64,000 bases of DNA, from NCBI GenBank assembly GCA_964527595.1, contig CAZGPI010000001.1, forward strand, positions 81,145 to 145,144, written 5' to 3'. A program made the translations under genes and the position numbers. Every line of letters starts with the position of its first letter. Within the stretch, counting starts at the first letter, position 1. Shown in pieces: positions 1-11,516 of the stretch. Below the pieces are notes generated by a model, which saw only the letters and a list, made by a program, of their open reading frames with translations, was not told the DNA's origin and made no database searches. The stretch comes from an uncultured Pseudomonadota bacterium. Its GTDB lineage: Bacteria; Babelota; Babeliae; Babelales; RVW-14.

Positions 1-64
1 AATAAAGCTAATTCGATTTTGTTGTATGTTCCCTGGATGCTGACAAATTTACAAGACATATGGA

Positions 65-337
65 TCAATCGTGCTGCCGTTTATTTTTTTGACGTTGATA
101 GAACAAACTAAATGCATCGTCCTTAATAGTGTTTTCACGTTTTTCAATCACTTTTCCACAGTTAAGGCACTTCCACCCTTCAAAATTTATAAAGTGGTCA
201 AAAAATGACTGTAAGACCAATAAGCCTCCGCACTTTGGGCACTTCATAAATTCATCCTTCTCATCAAGTACACGCCTCCCTTGCATAACATGTACAAATT
301 TACTTCTCCCCTTTGACCAAGGATAACATAGTATCAA
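65..337 (-). CDS. small zinc-ribbon protein, function unknown
   Basis: The translation contains CPKCGG...CLNCGK, two CxxC pairs typical of a 4-Cys zinc ribbon. The ORF-track start at 337 is a TTG; the first ATG is at 286 (MQGRRVL). No clear SD is present. Confidence 0.4.
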   Translation of the reverse strand: MILCYPWSKGRSKFVHVMQGRRVLDEKDEFMKCPKCGGLLVLQSFFDHFINFEGWKCLNCGKVIEKRENTIKDDAFSLFYQRQKNKRQHD

Positions 338-389
338 GAAATTCGAAATAATTTTAATAATTAATAAGAAAAACCAATTTTTTTATTAA

Positions 390-2003
390 TTATTTATCAA
401 GCAGCGTACTTACCGTCGTGATTTGATCGTGTTTTTTCTCTCTCAGCTCCGCGTTCAAAACCTGCAGATTGGCATTCTCGGTAACAACTCGAGCCGAACC
501 CTTGAGCACATCGATTTGTTGGTATGCGCCAGTCAATTGCAACCCAAGTTCAAGATTATCTCGTTCTTTCTCTTCTAGCTTTACACCAAATTTACGGTTC
601 ATGCCTTCTTGAGTTTCATAAGCGACTTGCGCTTTATCAGCTTCGGCTTGTTGACGCAAACGATCAAGTTCAAACTCCAAGCGCTTTGCCGTCAATTGAT
701 GCTCATGTAGTTCCTTGCCTTGTTCTTCAAATTTTTGCTTGAATTGATTTTTTGTGGAATTTTTTTCTTGGGTTACAACATCAACCATCGTGCGCAATTT
801 TTTAACCTCAACATCATTGTCGGTTGACGGAATCCCAACAGCAAGTTTGGTTACGGCGCTATCGACAATATCTTTAAAGCCGGGGTATGCCGACTTAACA
901 CGGCCAGTTACCTCATCGGCAACTTTGAGCACAAAGTTCCTAATCACCTGGCCGCTAAATCTAGACGTCGCCTCATTTTTTTGTGCAAATGCATTCAATT
1001 CATATAGCGCAAGTAAGCGAACCTTTTTGAGCTCATGATCACTAAGTTTTAAATTTTTGGCAACCTCAGTGAGAAACGTATCGGCTTTTCTTTGTGCTTT
1101 AACAATTTTTCTTAGCTTAATCTGTTTATTAACCACTTGATTATAATTTGGATCATCAACCTTTTGAGTTCCTCGTAATGTACGATCAAACCAAACTCGC
1201 TGATCATTGAAACGTTGTAAAAAATCTGGCAACTGTTCGGCGTCCTCGCCCTCCATTATGATCTGCTTCATAAGCAAGGTATTGGCATCAAATTCATTAC
1301 ACATCGCACGTCGCCACTCACGTGTTACATTATTCTTGTCCTTATCTAAACCATTCGCCAAACCAGGCTCAACTTGCATATCTTCACGATGCTGATGGGA
1401 CAGTCGACGAATAATCGCATCTTCGCGTTTCTTTTTACGTAATTTCAGTGATTCTTCATCGGCCTTATTGATAATATCAATGACCTTGAAAGCCGCATCT
1501 TTTTTAAGCTGAATAGCCTCTTTTTCAATTTTTTGAGCTACAGCCGCCGCTTGCTCCGATGCTTGCTTGAAAAGCTTATCGGTCTGTTGCTCGGCTCGCT
1601 CTCGAATTTTTTTAGCCTCAAGCTCAGACTCTTTCTTAAGTTGTTTTGCTCGATCTTCAATATCTGCCTTGAGATTAACTATCGATTTTTCAGCTGCCTG
1701 CTTTAAAGAAGAAACTTTAGAGTCAACATCCGATTCAAGCCGCCTGGCCGTTTCTTCAGCCTCTTGAACCAATTGGTTAACGCGCGGACTACTTGCAACC
1801 TCAACACCCTCAAGATCTGCCGTAACTTTAAATTTATCTTGCCCTGGTCGATATCCTTCTGGCTGATAAATCTCAGGCTGATTTTCTTTGAGCATTTCTT
1901 CGGGTCCCGGCATATAGGATTTGCCAGCACCCAAACACATAGTCATCATAATCATCAAGCACAAAGCCTGATTTACGCGACGGAAAAAACATGTATTCTT
2001 CAT
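390..2003 (-). CDS. exported coiled-coil protein, function unknown
   Basis: 537-aa ORF with ATG at 2003 preceded by TAGGAAA. It has an N-terminal basic plus hydrophobic leader (ALCLMIMMTMCLGAG). Long Glu/Lys/Ala/Gln-rich heptad-like stretches occupy both ends. I recognise no enzymatic motif. Confidence 0.6.
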   Translation of the reverse strand: MKNTCFFRRVNQALCLMIMMTMCLGAGKSYMPGPEEMLKENQPEIYQPEGYRPGQDKFKVTADLEGVEVASSPRVNQLVQEAEETARRLESDVDSKVSSLKQAAEKSIVNLKADIEDRAKQLKKESELEAKKIRERAEQQTDKLFKQASEQAAAVAQKIEKEAIQLKKDAAFKVIDIINKADEESLKLRKKKREDAIIRRLSHQHREDMQVEPGLANGLDKDKNNVTREWRRAMCNEFDANTLLMKQIIMEGEDAEQLPDFLQRFNDQRVWFDRTLRGTQKVDDPNYNQVVNKQIKLRKIVKAQRKADTFLTEVAKNLKLSDHELKKVRLLALYELNAFAQKNEATSRFSGQVIRNFVLKVADEVTGRVKSAYPGFKDIVDSAVTKLAVGIPSTDNDVEVKKLRTMVDVVTQEKNSTKNQFKQKFEEQGKELHEHQLTAKRLEFELDRLRQQAEADKAQVAYETQEGMNRKFGVKLEEKERDNLELGLQLTGAYQQIDVLKGSARVVTENANLQVLNAELREKKHDQITTVSTLLDK

Positions 2004-2296
2004 TTTCCTACCCGCTCGTTACCCACCCAAAAATTTTACGTTTGCGTTTATTTCTGCTGTTGCAACTTCCTTTTTTATTCTCCATGTAAGCTATTTCTAT
2101 TTTTAGTTTAATGGATTTTTAAAAACTAATTCAACTAAAATACTCTTTTTCCAAACAAACGCCGTCAAAATGCTCGCATCACCTATCGCTAATAGCCCAA
2201 AAAATTCATGCTTTGGCTAGATTCTTGCACCACCCCGCTACAATTTTTTAAAGTAAGAGGAGCATTTATTGATCGTTTTTTACGCAAAGGGGAGAG

Positions 2297-3673
2297 ATGG
2301 AACAAAAAAACAGACATTTTTTATGGTTGGCTTTGTTGTGTATAGGTCTTGGAACCGCAACATGGGCAACCCGCAAGCCGATTCTTACTTTTATAGGCAA
2401 AACTTTTCAAAACCATGAACAACAGATAGAAAAATCGGATGAATGGATAACCGTATTCGTTCACGGAACCTTTGGTTGTTACTTTGGACTCCTCAGCCTT
2501 CCATCGGTAATCACCGATACCGTTGGCAAAACGTTATACAAAAAACTTGTTGAGTCAAAACGTAAAGATCCGGCCAATTTTCTTGATCAGGCAATATTAC
2601 AACGCGGATTGATAAAAGTTCAACCAAGCTACGACCTTCATGTAACCAATGGACAAAGATTTTCGGCATATCCGTTGGCCCAGGCATTTCAGGATATCTC
2701 TAAATATAGTTCTCCTGGCCAGAGCAGTGATACCTTTTACACATTTGGCTGGAGTGGGTTATTAAGCCAAAAGCAACGGCGCGTTGAAGCCGTTCGTTTT
2801 TACAATTCCTTAAACTCTGAACTCGAACGCTACCACTGTATTGGCAAACACCCTAAAATTAGGCTTGTTGCCCATAGCCACGGAGGAAACCTTTGCCTCA
2901 ATTTCGGCGCTATAACTGAAATACTTTCATTATCAACCTATGACAATATAGATAACACAACACCAGACGCTGGCACCAATGAATCACTTACCACTATGCT
3001 TAACTATATTAAAAAACTTCCAAACAAAGAAAGCGTTGCTTATGCAAAGAAGCTTAAGCACCTTGACCATGTCCCGACAACCTCTATTACCATCGACGAA
3101 TTAGTGCTGTTTGGTACGCCGGTTCAAGTTGAAACCGAACCATTTTACTTTTCACCAACATTCAAAAAGATATATCACTTTTATTCAGAAGGGGATGCTG
3201 TCCAGGCAATTGACTCTATTAGCACAAAAAAAAACAGCAACCAAATAATTAATCGAACTACGGAAAATCTACCGCTGGCTCGAGCATTTCCTGATCTTGT
3301 TCAGTGCAAAATCATTATGAATCACCACCGTAAAACTAAATTTCGTAAAAACAAAAGCGTCGATTTTTATAAACAATATGACCTGGGCCATAAAGACTTA
3401 TGGGCAATATCATGGCACCAAAGCAACAACCCTATCGCACCGCTCCCTGTCTTTGTACTGACACCGCTCATTATAGCGGCACTTAACAAACAACCAGCAC
3501 CCAATGATAACGTTGATATTAATATAAAAATCACCACGAAACATCTAAAAATTCAGGTATCACCGCACGACGAAGAAAAACTTTATACCCGCACGTCAAT
3601 TTCTCGGGACAATTTGGAAAAAATGAGAAAAAACCTCAGACGTTGGGACCCCTACCACACAGTGAATTTGTAG
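2297..3673 (+). CDS. membrane-anchored alpha/beta-hydrolase (lipase/esterase-like)
   Basis: The gene has an SD (AAGGGGAGAG) before the ATG and an N-terminal TM (FLWLALLCIGLGTATW). VFVHGTFG is an oxyanion-hole-like strand. VAHSHGGN is a nucleophile elbow (G/A-x-S-x-G). FYSEGDAVQ is a candidate acid residue. Confidence 0.6.
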   Translation: MEQKNRHFLWLALLCIGLGTATWATRKPILTFIGKTFQNHEQQIEKSDEWITVFVHGTFGCYFGLLSLPSVITDTVGKTLYKKLVESKRKDPANFLDQAILQRGLIKVQPSYDLHVTNGQRFSAYPLAQAFQDISKYSSPGQSSDTFYTFGWSGLLSQKQRRVEAVRFYNSLNSELERYHCIGKHPKIRLVAHSHGGNLCLNFGAITEILSLSTYDNIDNTTPDAGTNESLTTMLNYIKKLPNKESVAYAKKLKHLDHVPTTSITIDELVLFGTPVQVETEPFYFSPTFKKIYHFYSEGDAVQAIDSISTKKNSNQIINRTTENLPLARAFPDLVQCKIIMNHHRKTKFRKNKSVDFYKQYDLGHKDLWAISWHQSNNPIAPLPVFVLTPLIIAALNKQPAPNDNVDINIKITTKHLKIQVSPHDEEKLYTRTSISRDNLEKMRKNLRRWDPYHTVNL

Positions 3674-3752
3674 TTGTTTTACCGTTTTTTTGGTTTTCTT
3701 CTTTAAAATTCCTCATTTGCTCAATTATCTGCTATTATGGATGGGTATTTAA

Positions 3753-6254
<2,502 letters not shown>

Positions 6255-6268
6255 GACGGATTATTTAC

Positions 6269-6748
6269 ATGAAAAAAATCATTAAAGCAGCGCTTGGATT
6301 TTTGGCGCTATTAACGGCTGGATGTGATAATGGCAAGCATTGTTGTGATTCTTGTTGTCATCACGATCATCCGTTGATTCAGTTCAAAAATGACGCTATT
6401 TATAAAATAACTCCAGCGGCAAATTTTGATAAATCAAACGCCGATGATTGCGTAATATTGATGCCAATTGATCAACAATCAGGGTTTATTCATACAGCTT
6501 ATGGAAGCCAAGTCATTAAAACACTTAATAAGTTTTTTGCTGACGCCAAAGACATATTGGTTCTCGAACTTGATAGCAGTATCCTGAAACAACGGGGAAC
6601 CGATATCCGGCCAGAAGCTAATAAGCCCGGTGGCGATATTTTCCCTCATTTGTATGGAACACAAAAGATTCCAGTTGCCGCCATCAAAGAAATAAAAACG
6701 CTCAAAAAAAATAAGCACGGCGAATGGAAAGACGCGCATAGCTTATAA
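6269..6748 (+). CDS. DUF952-family protein with lipoprotein signal and Cys/His-rich linker
   Basis: Lipobox LLTAGC follows the leader. The DUF952 signature is present (GFIHTA...LVLELD...GDIFPHLYG). A CCDSCCHHDH cluster sits directly after the lipidated Cys. Confidence 0.7.
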   Translation: MKKIIKAALGFLALLTAGCDNGKHCCDSCCHHDHPLIQFKNDAIYKITPAANFDKSNADDCVILMPIDQQSGFIHTAYGSQVIKTLNKFFADAKDILVLELDSSILKQRGTDIRPEANKPGGDIFPHLYGTQKIPVAAIKEIKTLKKNKHGEWKDAHSL

Positions 6749-6777
6749 AATAGATTCTATATGTCTTCAAAAAGTAC

Positions 6778-6828
6778 CAAAACCATGCAACAAACTGTCA
6801 AAATGTGACAGTTTGTTGCATGGTTTTG
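6778..6828 (+). terminator. perfect 23-bp stem / 5-nt loop hairpin downstream of the DUF952 gene
   Basis: caaaaccatgcaacaaactgtca-aaatg-tgacagtttgttgcatggttttg. The hairpin sits between two + strand genes. It has no U-tract, so intrinsic-terminator function is uncertain. Confidence 0.4.
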
Positions 6829-6905
6829 ACTTGTCTCTCAATTTTTAACAAGCTTTAAGAAAGTTTATTCAAACCGTTTGTATTGGAAAATATTGGGACA
6901 ATATA

Positions 6906-8483
6906 ATGAAAACAAAAATTTTGTCATTTTTTTTCTTTTTATCACTTGCAACCACCCTGGATGCAACAAACAAAGATGTTAAGAGCTGGGAATATATTTG
7001 TGAATCATCAAAAAATGCAGTCATTCAAATCTTAACCTTTTCAAAAAGCCCCAATATTCTTGAACCGTTCAGATCGCCAGACCGCCGCCGCTGGCGCGGA
7101 TCCGGTTTTTTTATAAAGCCAGAAGGTTTTCAAGAAGGCTATATTCTTTCCAATTTTCACGTTGTCGAAGAAAAAGAGTTGTGCTTTATGCAGCTCCCAG
7201 CTCTGAGCAAAGAACGATTTCTTCTTGACGTTGTTGGCAGTTGCCCTGAAAAAGATTTTGCCCTCCTTAGGCTCGGTACCAAGGATTGTGAAACTATTAA
7301 GCAACTGCTTAAAGTCAACGAATTACCCTACTTAAACTTGGGCGACTCGGACACGCTCGTTGAAGGTGAAACAGTTATGGCTCTTGGATATCCGCTTGGA
7401 ATGGAAAATTTTAAAAGCTCAAAGGGTATTGTTTCTGGTCGCGAAAGTGGCCAGATCGGTGAATGCATACAAACTACCGCAGCAATAAATCCCGGCAATT
7501 CTGGAGGCCCGGCCGTTGATAAAGCCGGCAATGCAATGGGCATAAGCGTCATGAAAAATGTTGCAACTGATGTTGAAGGAATTGCATTCCTCATACCTAT
7601 CAATAACGTAAAAAAACTTCTTCCCCAACTCAAAGACGGCAAAATTATTCGCATGCCTTTTTGGGGAATCGAAATCAATCCAACGACACCCTATCAATTA
7701 ACAAGACTAAAAGCACCGACCAATGGCGGCGTTTACCTTAAAAAGGTTTTTAAATCATCCTTATTTGAACAAGCAGATTTGCAAAAAGGCGATATTTTAT
7801 ATCAAATCAATAACAACACAATCGATCGTTTTGGCAACCTTGAGGCTCCATGGGGAACAGGAAAAATTAAATTGATTGATCACCTTAATCGCCTGGCCAT
7901 AAATTCAAAAAATACTATTGTTAGCTATCGTAACGGCAAACAAAGAGAATCTTCCGTGATCGTCAAAGAACGCACGCCATTTAAAATTGACAGAATTTAT
8001 CCAACGTACGAAGTGCTACCTCCATATGAAGTAATCGGTGGACTCGTTGTCAGTGAATTGTCGTTAAATCATATTCAAGAATTTGCCACACGCTATCGAG
8101 AAATGCTTGATCCATCAGAAGACGCAACCGCCGGTTTTCTTCGTTATGCTAACCCTAATAAGCGCCACGAAAATAGACTCATTATATCATCAGTGCTTCC
8201 AGATTCGCAGGGCGACAAAACTCGCTGTTTTGATGACACAATTGATCGCATAATCAGCAAAGTAAATGACACTGCTATCAAAACCATTCAAGAATTTCGT
8301 GACGCTGTGGGTAAATCAAAAGAAACTGGATCGCTTAAAATTGCCACCGAAGGCGGAACTGTTATTGAACTTTCAGTAGCTGCAATTGTAGCCAACGAAG
8401 AAACATTGCGTGAGCGAAACGAATTTTATCCACGTTCAACGCTTATTGATGAACTTGAAAAATGTGAACCGCTGTCCTCATAG
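6906..8483 (+). CDS. exported trypsin-fold serine protease with C-terminal PDZ-like region (Deg/HtrA family, Deg2/Deg9/Nma111-like)
   Basis: A signal peptide precedes the catalytic triad contexts SNFHVV, DFALLRL and INPGNSGGPA. The GYPLG...KGIVSGRE motif is present. It is a paralogue of 51112-52791. Confidence 0.8.
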   Translation: MKTKILSFFFFLSLATTLDATNKDVKSWEYICESSKNAVIQILTFSKSPNILEPFRSPDRRRWRGSGFFIKPEGFQEGYILSNFHVVEEKELCFMQLPALSKERFLLDVVGSCPEKDFALLRLGTKDCETIKQLLKVNELPYLNLGDSDTLVEGETVMALGYPLGMENFKSSKGIVSGRESGQIGECIQTTAAINPGNSGGPAVDKAGNAMGISVMKNVATDVEGIAFLIPINNVKKLLPQLKDGKIIRMPFWGIEINPTTPYQLTRLKAPTNGGVYLKKVFKSSLFEQADLQKGDILYQINNNTIDRFGNLEAPWGTGKIKLIDHLNRLAINSKNTIVSYRNGKQRESSVIVKERTPFKIDRIYPTYEVLPPYEVIGGLVVSELSLNHIQEFATRYREMLDPSEDATAGFLRYANPNKRHENRLIISSVLPDSQGDKTRCFDDTIDRIISKVNDTAIKTIQEFRDAVGKSKETGSLKIATEGGTVIELSVAAIVANEETLRERNEFYPRSTLIDELEKCEPLSS

Positions 8484-8580
8484 GCGACAACCCCCCTGTT
8501 TTTTGCTACATTATTCAGGCGTATGGGTTATTAATCTTGGGGCGATGCTCCAAAGAGCAGGTAAAAAATAGGGCTTTTGC

Positions 8581-11028
8581 ATGGAAATGAATAAAATTTA
8601 CGAAAGTGCCGCTTGTGAAAAGGCAGCACAAGAACTCTGGGAACTAGAAAAAATTTATCAATTTCAAGCTCAAGAAGATAAGCAAACCGTAAGTATCGAT
8701 ACACCACCTCCAACGGTATCCGGATCATTGCACATCGGCCACGTATTCTCATACACCCATCAAGACCTTATCGCCCGCTACAAACGCATGCGCGGATTTA
8801 ATGTTTTTTATCCCATGGGATTTGATGATAATGGCCTGCCAACAGAACGATATGTTGAAAAAAAACACGGCCTTAAAGCCCATATGCTCAAGCGTTCTGA
8901 ATTTATCGCCCTCTGTTTAAAAGAAACCGAAATTGTTGAAAAAGATTTTGAAAAATTATGGCGAAGCCTTGGGTTATCCATCGATTGGACAAAGCTCTAT
9001 TCAACTATTTCCGATAAAGCGCGCAAAACCTCACAATACTCATTTATCGATTTATATAAAAAGGGTTTTGTTTACAGAAAACAAGAACCATCACTTTATT
9101 GCACCACATGCCGCACCTCGGTAGCTCAAGCCGAACTTGATAGCGCCGATGTATCATCACAATTTAATGACATAACCTTCACCATCAATGGGCAACCGGT
9201 TACCATCGCAACAACACGCCCAGAACTTCTACCCGCCTGCGTCGCCGTATTTTGTCATCCAACTGACGAGCGATATCAAGCATTAATTGGCACCACGGCC
9301 ACAGTCCCTATTTTTGGCCAAGCCGTTCCAGTATTAGCTGACGAAAAGGTTGATCCCGCCAAGGGGACCGGATTGGTTATGTGTTGCACCTTCGGCGACC
9401 AAACCGATATTTTTTGGTACAAAAAACATAAATTACCATTTGTGCAAGCCGTCGGCCTTGATGGCAAATGGACAGCTCTCAGCGGACCACTTGCCGGCCT
9501 TGCCGTCATCGATGCTCGTAAAAAAATTATTGAATTACTTAAGGAAGCTGGATTGCTTATCGGCCAAAAAGCAATCACTCACGCCGTCAGTATTCACGAA
9601 CGCTGCCGCCAAGAAATTGAGTATCAAATTCTTTCACAATGGTTTGTGAAAATCTTGGATTACAAAGAAGATTTCCTAAAACGTGGCGACGAAATTTCTT
9701 GGTACCCAGAATTCATGAAATCACGTTATCGCGACTGGGTTGAACATTTAAACTGGGATTGGTGCATTTCGCGCCAACGATTTTATGGCATCCCATTCCC
9801 TGTTTGGCATTGCGGAAAATGTGAACATGTTATACTTGCTGAACGAGCACAATTACCCGTTGACCCTCAAGAACAAGCATATACGGGCGGCGCCTGCCCA
9901 GAATGTGGCAGTACCGACATTAGACCAGAAACCGATATCATGGACACCTGGAACACCTCATCGCTCACGCCACAAATTAATATGAACTGGCCCGATGAAT
10001 CTCCTGATCAACTATCATTGCCCATGACCATCCGTCCTCAAGCGCACGATATCATACGAACTTGGGCATTTGATACCATCGTCAAAGCTCATTTTCACCA
10101 CAACACTATACCTTGGAAAGATATTGTCATCTCAGGCCACGTACTTGCCGGAAAAGAAAAAATTTCAAAATCAAAAGAAAACAGCAAGATGGCTCCCGAG
10201 GTGCTATTGGCAACCTATCCAGCCGACGTTATCAGATATTGGTCGTCCAGTGCACGATTGGGAACCGACACCGCATTTAGCGAAAACCAACTTAAGATTG
10301 GTCAGCGATTAATCACCAAATTATGGAATGCCCTCCGTTTTTGTTCGCAACATATCGCCGATTATCAACCCACCAAAGAACAACCATCGCTTGACCCGAT
10401 TAATCAATGGGTACTCCATAATCTTTCGTTGACGGTCAAAGAATACATCAAGCGATATGATGGCTATGAATACAACAGCGCACTTGAATGCGTTGAGCAA
10501 TTCTTCTGGGGAATTTTTTGCGATAACTACCTTGAACTAGTGAAAGATCAATTCTTCAATCCACAAAATTACAGCGAACAACAACTTGCCGCAACGCGAT
10601 ATACTTTACACCACGTTGGTTTTGGTATTTTGCAATTATTCGCACCCTTTTTGCCTCATATAACCGAAACGTTATATCAACTGTTGTTTAAACAACACAA
10701 TGAAAGCGTTTCACTGCATGTCACCGTCATTGACCCTGCTCGCTATGCGTTTAATTTTGTCGATGGCGCAGCGCTTAGTGATAAAGTGGTGGCTATTGTC
10801 GGAGCGGTCAGAAAGCTTAAAAGTGAAAGCCAATTATCGCTTAAAGCGGACGTCAAAACACTTCATCTTCATAGCGACGATGCAAAATTACTCGATGATC
10901 TTAAGGCTCTTGAGCGCATTATTATTGGCATCACCAAAACAGGCGAACTTGCTTATAACGCAGAACCAATTAATGAATCATCGATGGTTGAAGAATCGGG
11001 AGTATTAATTGCTCACGTAAAGGTATAG
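8581..11028 (+). CDS. valS: valyl-tRNA synthetase (short form without C-terminal coiled coil, archaeal-like)
   Basis: Class I HIGH motif (PPPTVSGSLHIGH) and PMGFDDNGLPTE are present. WCISRQRFYGIPFPVW is present. KISKSK is a KMSKS variant. Confidence 0.85.
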   Translation: MEMNKIYESAACEKAAQELWELEKIYQFQAQEDKQTVSIDTPPPTVSGSLHIGHVFSYTHQDLIARYKRMRGFNVFYPMGFDDNGLPTERYVEKKHGLKAHMLKRSEFIALCLKETEIVEKDFEKLWRSLGLSIDWTKLYSTISDKARKTSQYSFIDLYKKGFVYRKQEPSLYCTTCRTSVAQAELDSADVSSQFNDITFTINGQPVTIATTRPELLPACVAVFCHPTDERYQALIGTTATVPIFGQAVPVLADEKVDPAKGTGLVMCCTFGDQTDIFWYKKHKLPFVQAVGLDGKWTALSGPLAGLAVIDARKKIIELLKEAGLLIGQKAITHAVSIHERCRQEIEYQILSQWFVKILDYKEDFLKRGDEISWYPEFMKSRYRDWVEHLNWDWCISRQRFYGIPFPVWHCGKCEHVILAERAQLPVDPQEQAYTGGACPECGSTDIRPETDIMDTWNTSSLTPQINMNWPDESPDQLSLPMTIRPQAHDIIRTWAFDTIVKAHFHHNTIPWKDIVISGHVLAGKEKISKSKENSKMAPEVLLATYPADVIRYWSSSARLGTDTAFSENQLKIGQRLITKLWNALRFCSQHIADYQPTKEQPSLDPINQWVLHNLSLTVKEYIKRYDGYEYNSALECVEQFFWGIFCDNYLELVKDQFFNPQNYSEQQLAATRYTLHHVGFGILQLFAPFLPHITETLYQLLFKQHNESVSLHVTVIDPARYAFNFVDGAALSDKVVAIVGAVRKLKSESQLSLKADVKTLHLHSDDAKLLDDLKALERIIIGITKTGELAYNAEPINESSMVEESGVLIAHVKV

Positions 11029-11038
11029 GAAACTGGTT

Positions 11039-11491
11039 ATGGTCTTTATAAAAAACCGCCAACGAAAAATACCAATTAACGCCCAGCATTTGTCCGATCA
11101 AGTGCAAGAGATGCTCACCATAATTGGGTATCCAGATTTTGGCGTAAGCGTTTTATTAACCACCAACCGTAGTATCCGCAAATTTAATAAGATGTTTAGA
11201 GGTAAAGATAAGCCGACCGATGTCTTATCATTCCCCTATTATCCAAAGCTTAAGCCAGGAAAAAAAATCAACGCTCGAACCGAAGAAGAAAAGTATTTGG
11301 GCGACATTATTATATCACTTGAATATGCGCTGGCCGATGCACCAAAGACCTGGGCTCGACCATTTAGGGAACATCTCGTTGTGCTTATTGCCCACGGGGT
11401 TGCCCATCTTCTTGGTCATGATCATTTGACCGATGAGCAATGGAAAATCATGCAAAAAGCTGAAGCGAAGTTACTTGCTGGTCCAAAGTAG
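11039..11491 (+). CDS. ybeY: rRNA maturation endoribonuclease YbeY
   Basis: The HGVAHLLGHDH zinc-binding motif is present and the size is typical at 150 aa. Confidence 0.9.
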   Translation: MVFIKNRQRKIPINAQHLSDQVQEMLTIIGYPDFGVSVLLTTNRSIRKFNKMFRGKDKPTDVLSFPYYPKLKPGKKINARTEEEKYLGDIIISLEYALADAPKTWARPFREHLVVLIAHGVAHLLGHDHLTDEQWKIMQKAEAKLLAGPK

Positions 11492-11516
11492 CTTCGCTTC
11501 ATAATATTAAACTTGA

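Noticed and set aside
7328-7697. Two antisense ORFs (116 and 92 aa) inside the Deg protease gene
   Set aside because: They lie opposite a well-supported CDS and show no motifs or SD.
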